NCBI GenBank assembly: GCA_964489445.1 | Contig: CAZAYU010000007.1 | Span: 37,579-101,578 of the forward strand | Origin: an uncultured Planctomycetia bacterium | GTDB lineage: Bacteria > Omnitrophota > Gorgyraeia > Duberdicusellales > 4484-171 | Direction: 5' to 3' | DNA length: 64,000 bases | Notes under the pieces: generated by a model | Told to the model about the DNA's origin: nothing | Seen by the model: the letters and a program-made list of their open reading frames with translations, nothing else | The model's database searches: none | Part shown: positions 10,318-20,031 of the stretch, piece after piece | Numbering within the stretch: the stretch's first letter is position 1 | Layout: each line of letters begins with the position of its first letter | Program-made: the position numbers and the translations under genes

Positions 10318-12923
10318 TGTTCTCCTTTTTTTAAAGTTGTTTTCTCCTTCTTAAAAACAATTGTCTTACCCTTGGCTCCAATAACAACTACATCTCCTTC
10401 TTTAAACTCACTAGAGATTATCGATTTGCTTAAAGGGTCGACTAACAATTTCTTAATTACTCGTTTTAGCGGACGCGCACCATATTCCGGACTGAATCCT
10501 TTTTCAGCAATCAACTTTTTTACATCAGGAGTTAATTTTACCACAATATTTTTTTCCTTCAATCTTTCTTCGATAATACGAATTTGGATATCCACTATGT
10601 CTGTAGTATTACCCAAGCTTAGTGTGTTAAATATAATGGTTTCGTCTAGCCGATTTAGAAATTCCGGATGAAAATATTTTTTTAGTTCCTGCTTAAGATT
10701 TTTTTCTAAAACTTGTTTACTTACCCCAGGGTTATTATAGCAGTCGCTTCCAATATTTGAGGTCATAATAATCAAGGTATTTTTAAAATTCACAATTCTT
10801 CCCTGGGAATCAGTGAGATGTCCTTCATCAAATACTTGAAGCAAGATATTAAACACATCAGGATGTGCTTTTTCAATTTCATCAAGTAGAATAACAGAAT
10901 AAGGCTGACGTCTTACTTTTTCAGTTAATTGCCCTCCTTCATCGTATCCAACATACCCGGGAGGAGCTCCGATTAACCGAGATACTGAAAATTTTTCCAT
11001 GTACTCACTCATATCTATACGAATCAAATTTTTCTCACTATTAAATAAAAATTCAGCCAATGCTTTAGCCAGCTCTGTTTTTCCTACACCAGTAGGCCCC
11101 AGGAATAAAAAAGTACCTAGTGGTTGATTAGGGTCAGACAAGCCAGAGCGAGCCCTGCGTACACAATCAGATATCAATCGCACTGCATCATTTTGCCCTA
11201 CTACCCGCTTTTCCAGCTCATCCTCCATGCGTAATAATTTTTTTACCTCTTCTTCCATTAACCGAGAGAGCGGAATCCCTGCCCACCGAGAAACAATCTG
11301 GGCAATGTCTTCCTCGTCTACTTCCTCTTTAAGCATTTGTCGGACAGACTGCAATTCTTCTAACTTTTTATTTAGTTCATTAAGTTCTTGAGTTAAGTGC
11401 GGTATTTTTCCGTAACGAATCTCAGCAACCTCGTTTAAACGCGCTTCTTTTTCAAGCGTAACGCTTTCAGCCTTAAAACGTTCTATTTCTTCTTTATTTT
11501 TTCTTATTTTAGTTATCAAATCTTTTTCTTTCTGCCAATGTTCTTTTTGACTATCAAATTCTTTAGTTAAGTTTTTTATTTCATTATCGATTTTTTCTTG
11601 TTGATTTTTACTAAAGTCGTCCTTATCTTTTTTTAGAGCTTCTTTTTGAATTTGCAACTCCAATATTTTTCGTTCCAGCTTATCAATTTCTTCTGGCTTT
11701 GAGTCAATTTCGATTCGCAATCTGGAAGCAGCTTCATCAATTAAATCAATTGCTTTATCTGGCAGGAATCGTCCACTAATATATCTTGAAGATAGCACTG
11801 ACGCAGCAATAATTGCAGAATCCTTAATTCGAACTCCATGATGAATCTCATATTTTTCTTTCAATCCTCTTAATATCGCAATCGTTTGCTCAGTTGATGG
11901 CTCACCAACTAATATTTGCTGAAAGCGTCTTTCCAACGCAGCATCTTTTTCGATGTATTTACGATATTCGTCAAGAGTAGTTGCTCCAATGCAACGCAAC
12001 TCACCTTTAGCTAGCGCTGGTTTAAGCATATTTGCAGCATCAATTGCTCCTTCAGCACCTCCAGCTCCTACTAAAGTATGTAGCTCGTCAATAAACAATA
12101 TTACTCTTCCTTGTCTTGAGTCAATTTCTTTGAGAACTGCCTTTAATCGTTCCTCGAATTCTCCTCTGAATTTTGCTCCGGCAATTAAACTACCTAAATC
12201 TAAGGAAATTATTTTCTTATCCTTTAATCCTTCCGGAACATCACCAAAGGCAATTCTTCTGGCTAAGCCTTCAACTATTGCTGTCTTTCCTACTCCTGGC
12301 TCACCAATTAATACTGGATTATTTTTAGTTCTCCGAGATAGGACTTGAATAACCCGACGAATTTCCTCATCTCTACCAATGACCGGATCAAGCTTTCCTT
12401 TATTAGCTAACTCTGTTAAATCTCGGGCATACTTTTCCAACGCTTGATAAGCATTTTCGGCAGATTGTGAGTCAGCTTTTTGGCTCCCTCGTAACTCTTT
12501 AGCAATTCTTAGAATATCTTCCGGAAAAATACCTTGTTTTTTTAGATAGTCATTAAAAAGACTTCCTCTTTCCCGAGCAATTGCCAACAATATATGCTCG
12601 GAGCTAATATATTCATCGCTAAGATCACTCTTGTACTTTGCCGCAGAATTCAAAACGCTATTTAATCTTCCCGAAGCATAGACATTCTTTTCTTCGGTAT
12701 ACACTTTTGGTAACGAGTTTAAATATTTTTTCAATATCTCTGTTAAACCTGACATATCAACTGCCAAGCGAATTAAAATTTCTCGGCAGATCCCCCCTGG
12801 ATCACCAATCAGTAAGGATAAAATGTGTTCTGGAATGATTTCCTGCTGCTGATTATCCTTTGCCAAATTAACTGCCGCAATCATTGCTTCTTGAGCTTTT
12901 AATGTAAGCTTATTTAAATCCAT
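10308..12923 (-). CDS. clpB: Disaggregase ClpB
   Basis: Two AAA+ modules ([16 protein letters not shown]), long coiled-coil middle domain, 871 aa. Confidence 0.96.
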   Translation of the reverse strand: MDLNKLTLKAQEAMIAAVNLAKDNQQQEIIPEHILSLLIGDPGGICREILIRLAVDMSGLTEILKKYLNSLPKVYTEEKNVYASGRLNSVLNSAAKYKSDLSDEYISSEHILLAIARERGSLFNDYLKKQGIFPEDILRIAKELRGSQKADSQSAENAYQALEKYARDLTELANKGKLDPVIGRDEEIRRVIQVLSRRTKNNPVLIGEPGVGKTAIVEGLARRIAFGDVPEGLKDKKIISLDLGSLIAGAKFRGEFEERLKAVLKEIDSRQGRVILFIDELHTLVGAGGAEGAIDAANMLKPALAKGELRCIGATTLDEYRKYIEKDAALERRFQQILVGEPSTEQTIAILRGLKEKYEIHHGVRIKDSAIIAASVLSSRYISGRFLPDKAIDLIDEAASRLRIEIDSKPEEIDKLERKILELQIQKEALKKDKDDFSKNQQEKIDNEIKNLTKEFDSQKEHWQKEKDLITKIRKNKEEIERFKAESVTLEKEARLNEVAEIRYGKIPHLTQELNELNKKLEELQSVRQMLKEEVDEEDIAQIVSRWAGIPLSRLMEEEVKKLLRMEDELEKRVVGQNDAVRLISDCVRRARSGLSDPNQPLGTFLFLGPTGVGKTELAKALAEFLFNSEKNLIRIDMSEYMEKFSVSRLIGAPPGYVGYDEGGQLTEKVRRQPYSVILLDEIEKAHPDVFNILLQVFDEGHLTDSQGRIVNFKNTLIIMTSNIGSDCYNNPGVSKQVLEKNLKQELKKYFHPEFLNRLDETIIFNTLSLGNTTDIVDIQIRIIEERLKEKNIVVKLTPDVKKLIAEKGFSPEYGARPLKRVIKKLLVDPLSKSIISSEFKEGDVVVIGAKGKTIVFKKEKTTLKKGEQCV

Positions 12924-13000
12924 AATCCTCCATATTATTTGTATACTTGGTTAGAACATTTAACACACACAAACGTGGCTGGGAAATGCTAAATCTGCAT

Positions 13001-13290
13001 TTATTCGCAATCAATTGAAATATTTTTACTCTTTTCCGGTTCCTTTTTTGACAAGGTCACCCGAAGAAGCCCATTTTTGTACTTTGCGCCAACTTTATCT
13101 TCTTTGATTTCCAAAGGAAGGTTAATTTTTCGATAAAAACTTCCTCGGAACCGTTCACAACAATAGTATTTTTGTTTATCTCTTCTTTTTCTGTTTCTCT
13201 TTTTGCAGACACAACTAATGCTTTTCCTTTTATTTTAACACTAATATTTTTTTGGTCAAATCCGGGAAAATCGCTTATTTCCTGATTCTG
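13001..13290 (-). pseudogene. Hsp20/alpha-crystallin small heat-shock protein remnant
   Basis: DFPGFDQKNISVKIKGKALVVSAKRETEKEEINK, frameshift near 13168, then YYCCERFRGSFYRKINLP...AKYKNGLLRVTLSK*. In-frame TGA and no start codon upstream. Confidence 0.85.
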
Positions 13291-13346
13291 GAGAATTCAC
13301 TGCTTTGCTTATTGCATCTTACAGCGTGTTTAAAAAAATGCAGTAA

Positions 13347-13373
13347 TTAGCACTCCCAAGCCAAGAGTGCTAA
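13347..13373. promoter_or_regulatory. Perfect CIRCE operator upstream of hsp20 remnant and clpB
   Basis: TTAGCACTC-CCAAGCCAA-GAGTGCTAA. Confidence 0.95.
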
Positions 13374-13391
13374 TTAAAACCCAAAAAAAAT

Positions 13392-13670
13392 CTACTCCTG
13401 GTTCATTTCTACTATCACTTTAACCCCTTTAATATTTACTCCTCGTTCTTCAATGAGATACTGAACGTATTTTAATCTTTTTATTTCTCGCTGCGAAAAC
13501 AGCTTTTTGCGCTTTTTAGTTTTTTTCTGCTGGATAATCCCCTCTTTGACTATCTCATGTAACGTATGGTATTGCATATGTAATAAATCACAAACAATAT
13601 TCATTGGGAATAATGGTTCATCCCTAGGAATCTCAATCTCGAATTGCTCTTCAATGTCCTCCCACTTCAT
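13392..13670 (-). CDS. MerR-family regulator, HspR-like
   Basis: PLFPMNIVCDLL...LFSQREIKRLKYVQYLIEERGVNIKGVK resembles HspR; next to chaperone genes. Confidence 0.7.
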   Translation of the reverse strand: MKWEDIEEQFEIEIPRDEPLFPMNIVCDLLHMQYHTLHEIVKEGIIQQKKTKKRKKLFSQREIKRLKYVQYLIEERGVNIKGVKVIVEMNQE

Positions 13671-13816
13671 AACAATCTAAATATACACTATTTATTAAAA
13701 ATTGTCAACATTTATCTTAATATTTTTTTAACTTTTTATTAAAATTTCTTAAGATTTATATCAAATAGCTATACTTTTATAAGTAGTTGGTTGTTAACGT
13801 TTTAAGGCTGGTGGCG

Positions 13817-15085
13817 TTAAATCTTTTTAATTTTTAGGCCTATTTTTTCTAAATAAGCTAAATTTTCTTTTTCAAGTCTCAGCCGATATATGGTTTCATT
13901 ATTCTCGTAGGATTTTTTTAAGATTTCACAATGCTCATGAAAATAGCTGGCAATTTTCATTTTGCTGAATGGTAGGTAAACTAAAGCCTCTATACTTCCT
14001 TCGGAAAGACACTGGTAGATTTTTTGTTTTAACTCTTCAATTCCAGTTTCCTTAAGGGCTGAGATAAAAATTGATTGAGGATAACGATTCTTTAAAAGGG
14101 ATAGTTGTTCGTCAGGTGTACAATCTATTTTGTTAAATACAACAATTATTTTTTTCCCACCTAACTTTAGTTCCTTTAGTATTTCGTCAACCACCCTTTT
14201 GAACTCAAAAATATCCTTTCCGGAAGCATCGACTACATGAATTAATACATCTGAATAATGCAGCTCCTCCAGCGTTGCCTTAAATGCCTCAATTAAATAC
14301 GGAGGCAGTCGATAGATAAATCCAACAGTATCCGAGATAACCACCTTAAAATTTTGATGGATACTAAAGCTTCTACTTACAGTGTCCAATGTTGTAAACA
14401 GCGAATGCGCTTCTTTTTGGCTATCGCTAGTTAAAACATTAAACAACGTTGTTTTACCAGCGCTAGTGTATCCCACTAGTGAACAAGAGTTTACCTCGCT
14501 TTTTTCCCGTTTTTTCCGCATTACTTCTCGGCGCTGGATAATCAGCTTCAGCTCCTTTTTAAGATGGGTTATTCGTTCGTCAATTCTGCGCCGATCAACT
14601 TCAATTTTCTTTTCTCCCGGCCCTCTTGTTCCTATTCCTCCACCTAATCGGGAAAGCATTATTCCTTTTCCCCTTAACCGTGGAAGAAGGTATTTCAACT
14701 GAGCTAATTCAACCTGTAATATTCCTTCCTGCGTATGCGCATGCCGAGCAAAAATATCCAGGATTAACTGTGTACGATCCAGTGTCTTTATGTTTATCTT
14801 GTCCTCTAGATTTCTCTGTTGGTTAGAATTTAAGTTGCTATTAAAAATCACGGTATTTACTTTTAATTCTTTTGCTAACTCGGATATCTCTTCAACCTTT
14901 CCTTTTCCGATATAAAACCGGGGATTTGGCGTTGCTAAATTAAAAACATGGGTTTCGATAATACTTATCCCTGAGGATGACGCTAGTGCCTTAAATTCCA
15001 AAGCCAGTGCTTCCTGGCTCCATGATTCTCTTTTCTCTTTAATTACAATTAATAGTGCTTTTTCTTTTTTATCAGTTTCGTGCAT
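13817..15085 (-). CDS. hflX: GTPase HflX
   Basis: LILDIFA, GIGTRGPGEK, GYTSAGKT, LFTTLD, DTVGFI. Confidence 0.95.
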   Translation of the reverse strand: MHETDKKEKALLIVIKEKRESWSQEALALEFKALASSSGISIIETHVFNLATPNPRFYIGKGKVEEISELAKELKVNTVIFNSNLNSNQQRNLEDKINIKTLDRTQLILDIFARHAHTQEGILQVELAQLKYLLPRLRGKGIMLSRLGGGIGTRGPGEKKIEVDRRRIDERITHLKKELKLIIQRREVMRKKREKSEVNSCSLVGYTSAGKTTLFNVLTSDSQKEAHSLFTTLDTVSRSFSIHQNFKVVISDTVGFIYRLPPYLIEAFKATLEELHYSDVLIHVVDASGKDIFEFKRVVDEILKELKLGGKKIIVVFNKIDCTPDEQLSLLKNRYPQSIFISALKETGIEELKQKIYQCLSEGSIEALVYLPFSKMKIASYFHEHCEILKKSYENNETIYRLRLEKENLAYLEKIGLKIKKI

Positions 15086-15090
15086 TTTTT

Positions 15091-16002
15091 TTACCTTTTT
15101 TTATTTAAAATATCCTGTGCAATTTCCGGAACAGTTTTGTTGTCAACATCAACCCAATTAATGTGCTGATTACGATTAAACCAGGTAAGCTGGCGTTTAG
15201 CAAAATTACGAGTATTTTGTTTTAGTTGTTCTTTAGCCTGAGCACTGGTTATTTCATTGTCTAAAAATTTTTTAATTTCCGACACCCCGATTATCTTTTC
15301 GGCAGTTAAGCTTAAGTTCAACTTAAGTAGTTTTTTTACTTCCTCAACCGCACCTTGGACAAACATCTTGTCCGTTCTTTGATTGATCCGCGTATACAAC
15401 AACTCTCTCTGTACCCTTAATCCAAACATCTCCACCGGAATCTCGTCGTAAAGCCCGTTAATTGTTTTTTTGCTCTCTGAAAACGGTTTTCCAGTTACAG
15501 AATAGATTTCTAAAGCACGGATGATCCGCTTTAAATCATTTGCGGATATTTTTTGTGCAGCATCTGGGTCAACAGACTTTAACTCATCAAAAAGGTGTTG
15601 TTTTCCATACTTTTCTGCTTTTTCTCTAAGCTGTTTCCGTAAACTTTTATTTTCTCCTGGTAATTCAGATATCCCTTCTAAAAGTACACGAATATATAAT
15701 GCGCTTCCACCGCAAATAATTACCGGAATATTTTGTTTATGCAACGCAATTACTGTTTTCTTGGCTTTTGTAAAGTATTCAAATATATCATAAGCAGCCT
15801 CTACTGAAATTATGTCTACAAAATGATGGTTTATTTTTTGCAATGCTAAAGATGAAGGTTTAGATGTGATAATTCTTGGTTCTTTATAGACTAGCATTGA
15901 GTCAGCAGAGACAATTTCCGCATTTAGTTTTTCCGCAAGGTATAGCGCTAAATCAGTTTTTCCACTGGCTGTTGGGCCAGTAATTACAATTACTTGTGCC
16001 AT
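15091..16002 (-). CDS. miaA: tRNA dimethylallyltransferase
   Basis: GPTASGKT, SADSM, RIIRALE, FAKRQLTWF. Confidence 0.96.
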   Translation of the reverse strand: MAQVIVITGPTASGKTDLALYLAEKLNAEIVSADSMLVYKEPRIITSKPSSLALQKINHHFVDIISVEAAYDIFEYFTKAKKTVIALHKQNIPVIICGGSALYIRVLLEGISELPGENKSLRKQLREKAEKYGKQHLFDELKSVDPDAAQKISANDLKRIIRALEIYSVTGKPFSESKKTINGLYDEIPVEMFGLRVQRELLYTRINQRTDKMFVQGAVEEVKKLLKLNLSLTAEKIIGVSEIKKFLDNEITSAQAKEQLKQNTRNFAKRQLTWFNRNQHINWVDVDNKTVPEIAQDILNKKR

Positions 16003-16151
16003 TATATTATTAGTTAGTTAAGTAGGTTAATGTGTAAACGCGTTAACACGTATATGTGTAAAAAATATAAGAAGTGTTCTAATTTTTTTTCGCGTCTATA
16101 CTTCTTTCTGTCTACGCATTCACTTCTCAACCTCAACCTTAACCTCTCTCC

Positions 16152-16892
16152 TTACGGGTATATTTTTGCTGGATACCCAGATTCTAATAGGCATCGAGCA
16201 ACATTTTCTGTTTGTTTACGTTGTTTAAACTTACCCACTCTTACTTTATAGATTGGATACTGTCCATCTCTGTCTTCGGTTATATACGTTTGATATTTAG
16301 ATTCTAGTTGTTTTTTTAAAGAAAGAGCGTTGTTTTTTTCGCTAAACGCACCTACTTGGATAGCAAAGTAATTTCCCCATTCTCCTAACATCTGGGCAAA
16401 TCCCACCTCTGGACTTTTTGGGTAGCGACTTTTTATAAGATTTACGTATTTATCCTTCTCTTCCCAATCTCCCTTGCGACTGGCAATTTGTGCTAAGCGC
16501 AAGCAAGCAACTGGCCGGGCATCTTTAAAGCGCGCTTCTCGAAGGATTTGTTTGTACATTCGTTTTGCATCATGGTATTTTTTTTCTAAAAAATAAGTAT
16601 CGGCTAGCTTTGCAAACCCTTTTTCATAGACATCAGAATAGGGAAATCTTTGCAGCAGTCTATTTAAATAATGTCGAGCTTTAGAATAGTTACCGGTTTT
16701 AACATAGGCGAGACCTAAAAAATACAGGTTTTCCGCATCTTCTCTTAGCTTTTGTGCTTTATTGATGGCTGAATCATAATTACCACGCAAATAATCCTCT
16801 TGAGCCTCTACGAGGGAGTAAGCCATTGCGTTTAAGGGATAGAAATAAAATAATAAAGAAACAATATAAAAAATAAAGATTTGCTTCAACAT
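16152..16892 (-). CDS. Exported TPR + SPOR domain protein
   Basis: Signal peptide, TPR-like helices, IQVGAFS...YKVRVG SPOR motif. Confidence 0.85.
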   Translation of the reverse strand: MLKQIFIFYIVSLLFYFYPLNAMAYSLVEAQEDYLRGNYDSAINKAQKLREDAENLYFLGLAYVKTGNYSKARHYLNRLLQRFPYSDVYEKGFAKLADTYFLEKKYHDAKRMYKQILREARFKDARPVACLRLAQIASRKGDWEEKDKYVNLIKSRYPKSPEVGFAQMLGEWGNYFAIQVGAFSEKNNALSLKKQLESKYQTYITEDRDGQYPIYKVRVGKFKQRKQTENVARCLLESGYPAKIYP

Positions 16893-18085
16893 ACCTTCCC
16901 ACTTTCAGCTTTTGCTGAATTTCTTTTTTCTAATGATATTTTCTTCTGTAAATGCAGTAATTCCTTATGTCGTCTTTTTTTTATATCCATTGAAACAGTA
17001 TCTTCTGAATTCTCACATTCAGTCTTTGGCCGCGGTGAATATTTAAAAATATACGCGTTCTTAAACTTAACCAGTTTTAAAATATCTTGAGTCTTTTTAA
17101 AATCTGATTCCGTTTCTCCGGGAAACCCGATAATAACATCAGTACTCAATGTTCCTTTAACTATTCGCTTATAATCTTTGACAATCCTCAAGTACTTTTC
17201 TTGCGTGTAATCACGTTTCATTTTCTTTAATATCTTATCTGAACCTGATTGAAATGGCAAATGAAGATGTTTTTTAAATTTATCAGAACTTGCCATCATT
17301 TTAAATAAGGCAATTGAAGTATTCTTCGGATTATTGCTGATAAAATCAATCTCTTCTACTTTTTCTATGCTGACAACCATCTGTAGCAAATCTACAAAAT
17401 TAATTTCTCCTTTACCCCTTAAGCCACAATCCTTATCTCTGACAGAATAATCATTAACATTCTGCCCAAGGAGAGTTATTTTTTTAATTCCCAGATTAAC
17501 ATTACGCTTTACTTCGTTGATTATATCTTTCGGGGCACGTAAGCGCAATGCGCCTCGGACATAAGGGACTATGCAGTAAGCACAATAGTTCGAACATCCA
17601 GTAGAGATTACCACTTGCGCGTGGTCTTTATTTTCTCTAAAATCAGCTTCGTAAAATTTTTCACTTCGTGCCTGATTGCTTAGCTCCACAATTTGAATAT
17701 TCTCCCGTTTTATTTTTTCGACAAAGCCAACAATCTTGTTAACACAGCTTGGCCCACAAATTAAGCTAACATGGGGCATCTTTTTGAATATTTCTTCACC
17801 CCGATTTTTTGCCATACATCCAATCAAACCAATCACTTTTAATTTTGCTCCTCGTGTTCTTCGACGTTCGTAGAGCTTCTTAAACGAACCTAAAAAAGAT
17901 ATCGCCCGTTGTTCGGCATGCTCGCGTACCGAACAAGCATTTATGAGAATTACATCAGCATCTTCTGGACAATCTACCGCAGAATACCCCGCATTTAGAA
18001 ACAATCCAAGTAATGCTTCTGAATCCCGCACATTCATTTGGCAGCCGAAAGTCCTTATGAATATTTTCTTTGTATCTTCTTTCAT
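16886..18085 (-). CDS. miaB: tRNA methylthiotransferase MiaB (no evident TRAM domain)
   Basis: TFGCQMN, NACSVRE, GCMA, CSNYCAYC radical SAM motif, LLGQNVN; near miaA. Confidence 0.9.
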   Translation of the reverse strand: MKEDTKKIFIRTFGCQMNVRDSEALLGLFLNAGYSAVDCPEDADVILINACSVREHAEQRAISFLGSFKKLYERRRTRGAKLKVIGLIGCMAKNRGEEIFKKMPHVSLICGPSCVNKIVGFVEKIKRENIQIVELSNQARSEKFYEADFRENKDHAQVVISTGCSNYCAYCIVPYVRGALRLRAPKDIINEVKRNVNLGIKKITLLGQNVNDYSVRDKDCGLRGKGEINFVDLLQMVVSIEKVEEIDFISNNPKNTSIALFKMMASSDKFKKHLHLPFQSGSDKILKKMKRDYTQEKYLRIVKDYKRIVKGTLSTDVIIGFPGETESDFKKTQDILKLVKFKNAYIFKYSPRPKTECENSEDTVSMDIKKRRHKELLHLQKKISLEKRNSAKAESGKVC

Positions 18086-18183
18086 ATTAACACCTTACAA
18101 AATCACGTTCAAGTGTATAAAACTGTCTAAGCAGATGACTGAGCGTGACGCTCACTTTAGATAACTCTATGTTCATCAATACG

Positions 18184-18628
18184 TTAAGTGCATTTTCGCG
18201 ATTTCGTAAAACCATCGATTTCTAGCGTGTTTTTCCTTTCAATTAATCGCTCTATGTCTAAAACTGTAAAAACAGGATATCCTTTAAAATCCCTTTTTGG
18301 TTTCACCCATTTCTTTTTAATCCAATAATAAATTGTCTGCCGATGAACTTTTAATATTCTTGCTGTCTGAGTTAAATTATATTTCTTATTTGATCTGCGC
18401 TTAATCTTCTGGAATCTCTTTTTATGACTCTCCTCTATTTGCTCATCAAGGCGTTGTTCTTTTTCTCGCCTCTCTTCGAGCAGTTGTCCTAAACACTTTC
18501 TGTCTGCTTCAAATAAAATCTCAAACACTGCTTCATATCTTTGCTGCTCTTCGCTCCCATGCGGATAAACTTTTACAACTTTATTCTTTTCATTACGTAT
18601 AACCAAGTCCTTTTTTAAAACCGTTCAT
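18184..18628 (-). CDS. Excisionase/MerR-like HTH protein, apparent frameshift near 5' end
   Basis: YNLTQTARILKVHRQTIYYWIKKKWVKP HTH. AGGAGG RBS and ATG at 18628 are one base out of frame with ORF 18184-18606 across an A6 run. Confidence 0.65.
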
Positions 18629-18730
18629 TAGACACCTCCTGTTATCCAATCACTTATTCATTAATTCCTGTCTAGCCATTAGCATGCCTACTTCTACATA
18701 ATCTCGTTACATCAATGAATGCATATGGTC

Positions 18731-18767
18731 AAAATAAAAACCTAGGCACCTTTAAGGCGTCTAGGTT
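18731..18767 (-). terminator. Intrinsic terminator after HEPN gene
   Basis: AACCTAGACGCC-TTAAA-GGTGCCTAGG followed by TTTTTATTTT on minus strand. Confidence 0.75.
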
Positions 18768-18785
18768 AGCACATATTGCGCCTCT

Positions 18786-19181
18786 TTAAATTCCCGCTTT
18801 TTTAAAAGTGCTCTTGACAAATTCGAGATACTCAAGACTATCCTTCTCTCCTACAAAAATTCCACCATCATAAAGATTAACATTGCGTTCCTGTCTCATC
18901 TTATTGCCTAGCACAACAATATCTTCATTCTTGAGCAGCTGGCTCAGTTTCTCCAAAATCTTAATATGATGACCGGCTGTACTTCTTACTTTATAGCCTT
19001 TTTGAGCAATCAACATGATACCCAGCTTGATCAAAGCATCATAGCTGAATTTAAAAATAACATCCGGTATGTCAGTGCTTTCAGCTATCCTAAGATCATG
19101 TTGGGCGGACATTAAAAACTGGTCAATTTGTTTTTCTTTAAATGACAGTTTTTGAAAGTGTTGACTCTCAAAATTTATCAT
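18786..19181 (-). CDS. HEPN-domain protein (putative toxin of MNT-HEPN pair)
   Basis: 131 aa helical protein, SYDA...GHH...RQERNVNLYD; overlaps MNT stop codon. Confidence 0.75.
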   Translation of the reverse strand: MINFESQHFQKLSFKEKQIDQFLMSAQHDLRIAESTDIPDVIFKFSYDALIKLGIMLIAQKGYKVRSTAGHHIKILEKLSQLLKNEDIVVLGNKMRQERNVNLYDGGIFVGEKDSLEYLEFVKSTFKKAGI

Positions 19182-19723
19182 AACAGCCTTATAGTTTTAG
19201 ATTTAAGAACACCACTTATGAAAGGATCTTTATTTTTTTTCTTTTTCTCAAATTCCTTTAGGCTTAGATTTATTACATTAAACTCCCGGCCTGTATCTTT
19301 CTGCAATTTAACGATGGCTCTCTGCAGCTCCAAAACAGAATGCTTGCCAATGGCCAAAAGATCGATATCGCTTGAAGAATCCATCTTATTGCTTGCATAT
19401 GAACCGAATAGGTACGCTTCCTTAAGCCCTTTGACATTGTCGGTCACATCTTTAAGTCTTTTTTCTATACCATAGGTTCTTAAGAAAATCTGGCGGTAAT
19501 GTTCTAATACAGGATTATCTTTTGCAAGAAAAAAGTACCTTTGCTTCCCTCGAAATTCACTCTTTAAAAGACCTTCTTTTTCTAATTCTTTGAGTTTGGT
19601 CTCTGTATTTTTGGGATCGAGCTCTAAAATCCTTGCCAGCTCATTAATATAGGCTTGAGCCTCAGGATTAAGAAAATAGTAATCCAATAATTTTATTGTT
19701 ACTTTTGAACGTAGAGATATCAT
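19178..19723 (-). CDS. wHTH + minimal nucleotidyltransferase (MNT antitoxin)
   Basis: YINELARIL wHTH, LFGSYA...SDIDL; likely start ATG 19723. Confidence 0.85.
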   Translation of the reverse strand: MISLRSKVTIKLLDYYFLNPEAQAYINELARILELDPKNTETKLKELEKEGLLKSEFRGKQRYFFLAKDNPVLEHYRQIFLRTYGIEKRLKDVTDNVKGLKEAYLFGSYASNKMDSSSDIDLLAIGKHSVLELQRAIVKLQKDTGREFNVINLSLKEFEKKKKNKDPFISGVLKSKTIRLL

Positions 19724-19736
19724 TTTTTCACCATGG

Positions 19737-19774
19737 TTATGGTAATAAATTACCATAATGGTTTATTTTGTCAA
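19737..19774 (-). promoter_or_regulatory. Promoter with palindromic operator of MNT-HEPN
   Basis: TTGACA at 19774-19769; perfect IR TTATGGTAAT-AA-ATTACCATAA at 19737-19758. Confidence 0.7.
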
Positions 19775-19882
19775 GTAAATTCAATTTTTGAACTTACGGG
19801 ATATTCTATTTAACTTCATCAGTCACAATCATTTATCATGTGCATAACCTTGAGTATCATCGTGCGGAACTTGCACATACGG

Positions 19883-19951
19883 TCAGCCAAAGGTACGGAT
19901 GTAGACTTGCCGACCAACCGGCAGGCTTTTGGAAGTTTTATCAGTTTTCAT
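19883..19951 (-). pseudogene. Orphan miaB 5' fragment B
   Basis: MKTDKTSKSLPVGRQVYIRTFG*, matches MiaB N-terminus IFIRTFG|CQMN. Confidence 0.85.
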
Positions 19952-20031
19952 ATTGAATTCATTCTATCACGAAGAGTTATGGTGGGCAACTGTTGAATGA
20001 AAAGAGACAAGATAGGGGTTTATCCTATCGT

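Larger units (their letters stand above)
18042..19888. mobile_element. Integrated cassette 1 at miaB (xis-like, HEPN, MNT), carrying the currently used miaB 5' end
   Basis: Bounded by the GGCTG core in intact miaB (18042-18046) and in an orphan miaB 5' fragment (19884-19888). Confidence 0.7.

Noticed and set aside
15085-15091. No hfq between miaA and hflX
   Set aside because: Common in lineages lacking hfq; not informative.
16005-16145. Short simple repeats (TTAG x3, CTCAAC/CTTAAC x3) and plus-strand ORF 16030-16251
   Set aside because: Too short for CRISPR or a VNTR; the ORF is low-complexity and overlaps a real gene on the opposite strand.
19883-19885. TGA at the MiaB Cys position in fragments B and C as selenocysteine or recoded Trp
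   Set aside because: Downstream sequence is not miaB, fragment A has TGG, and TGA is used as a normal stop in other genes here.
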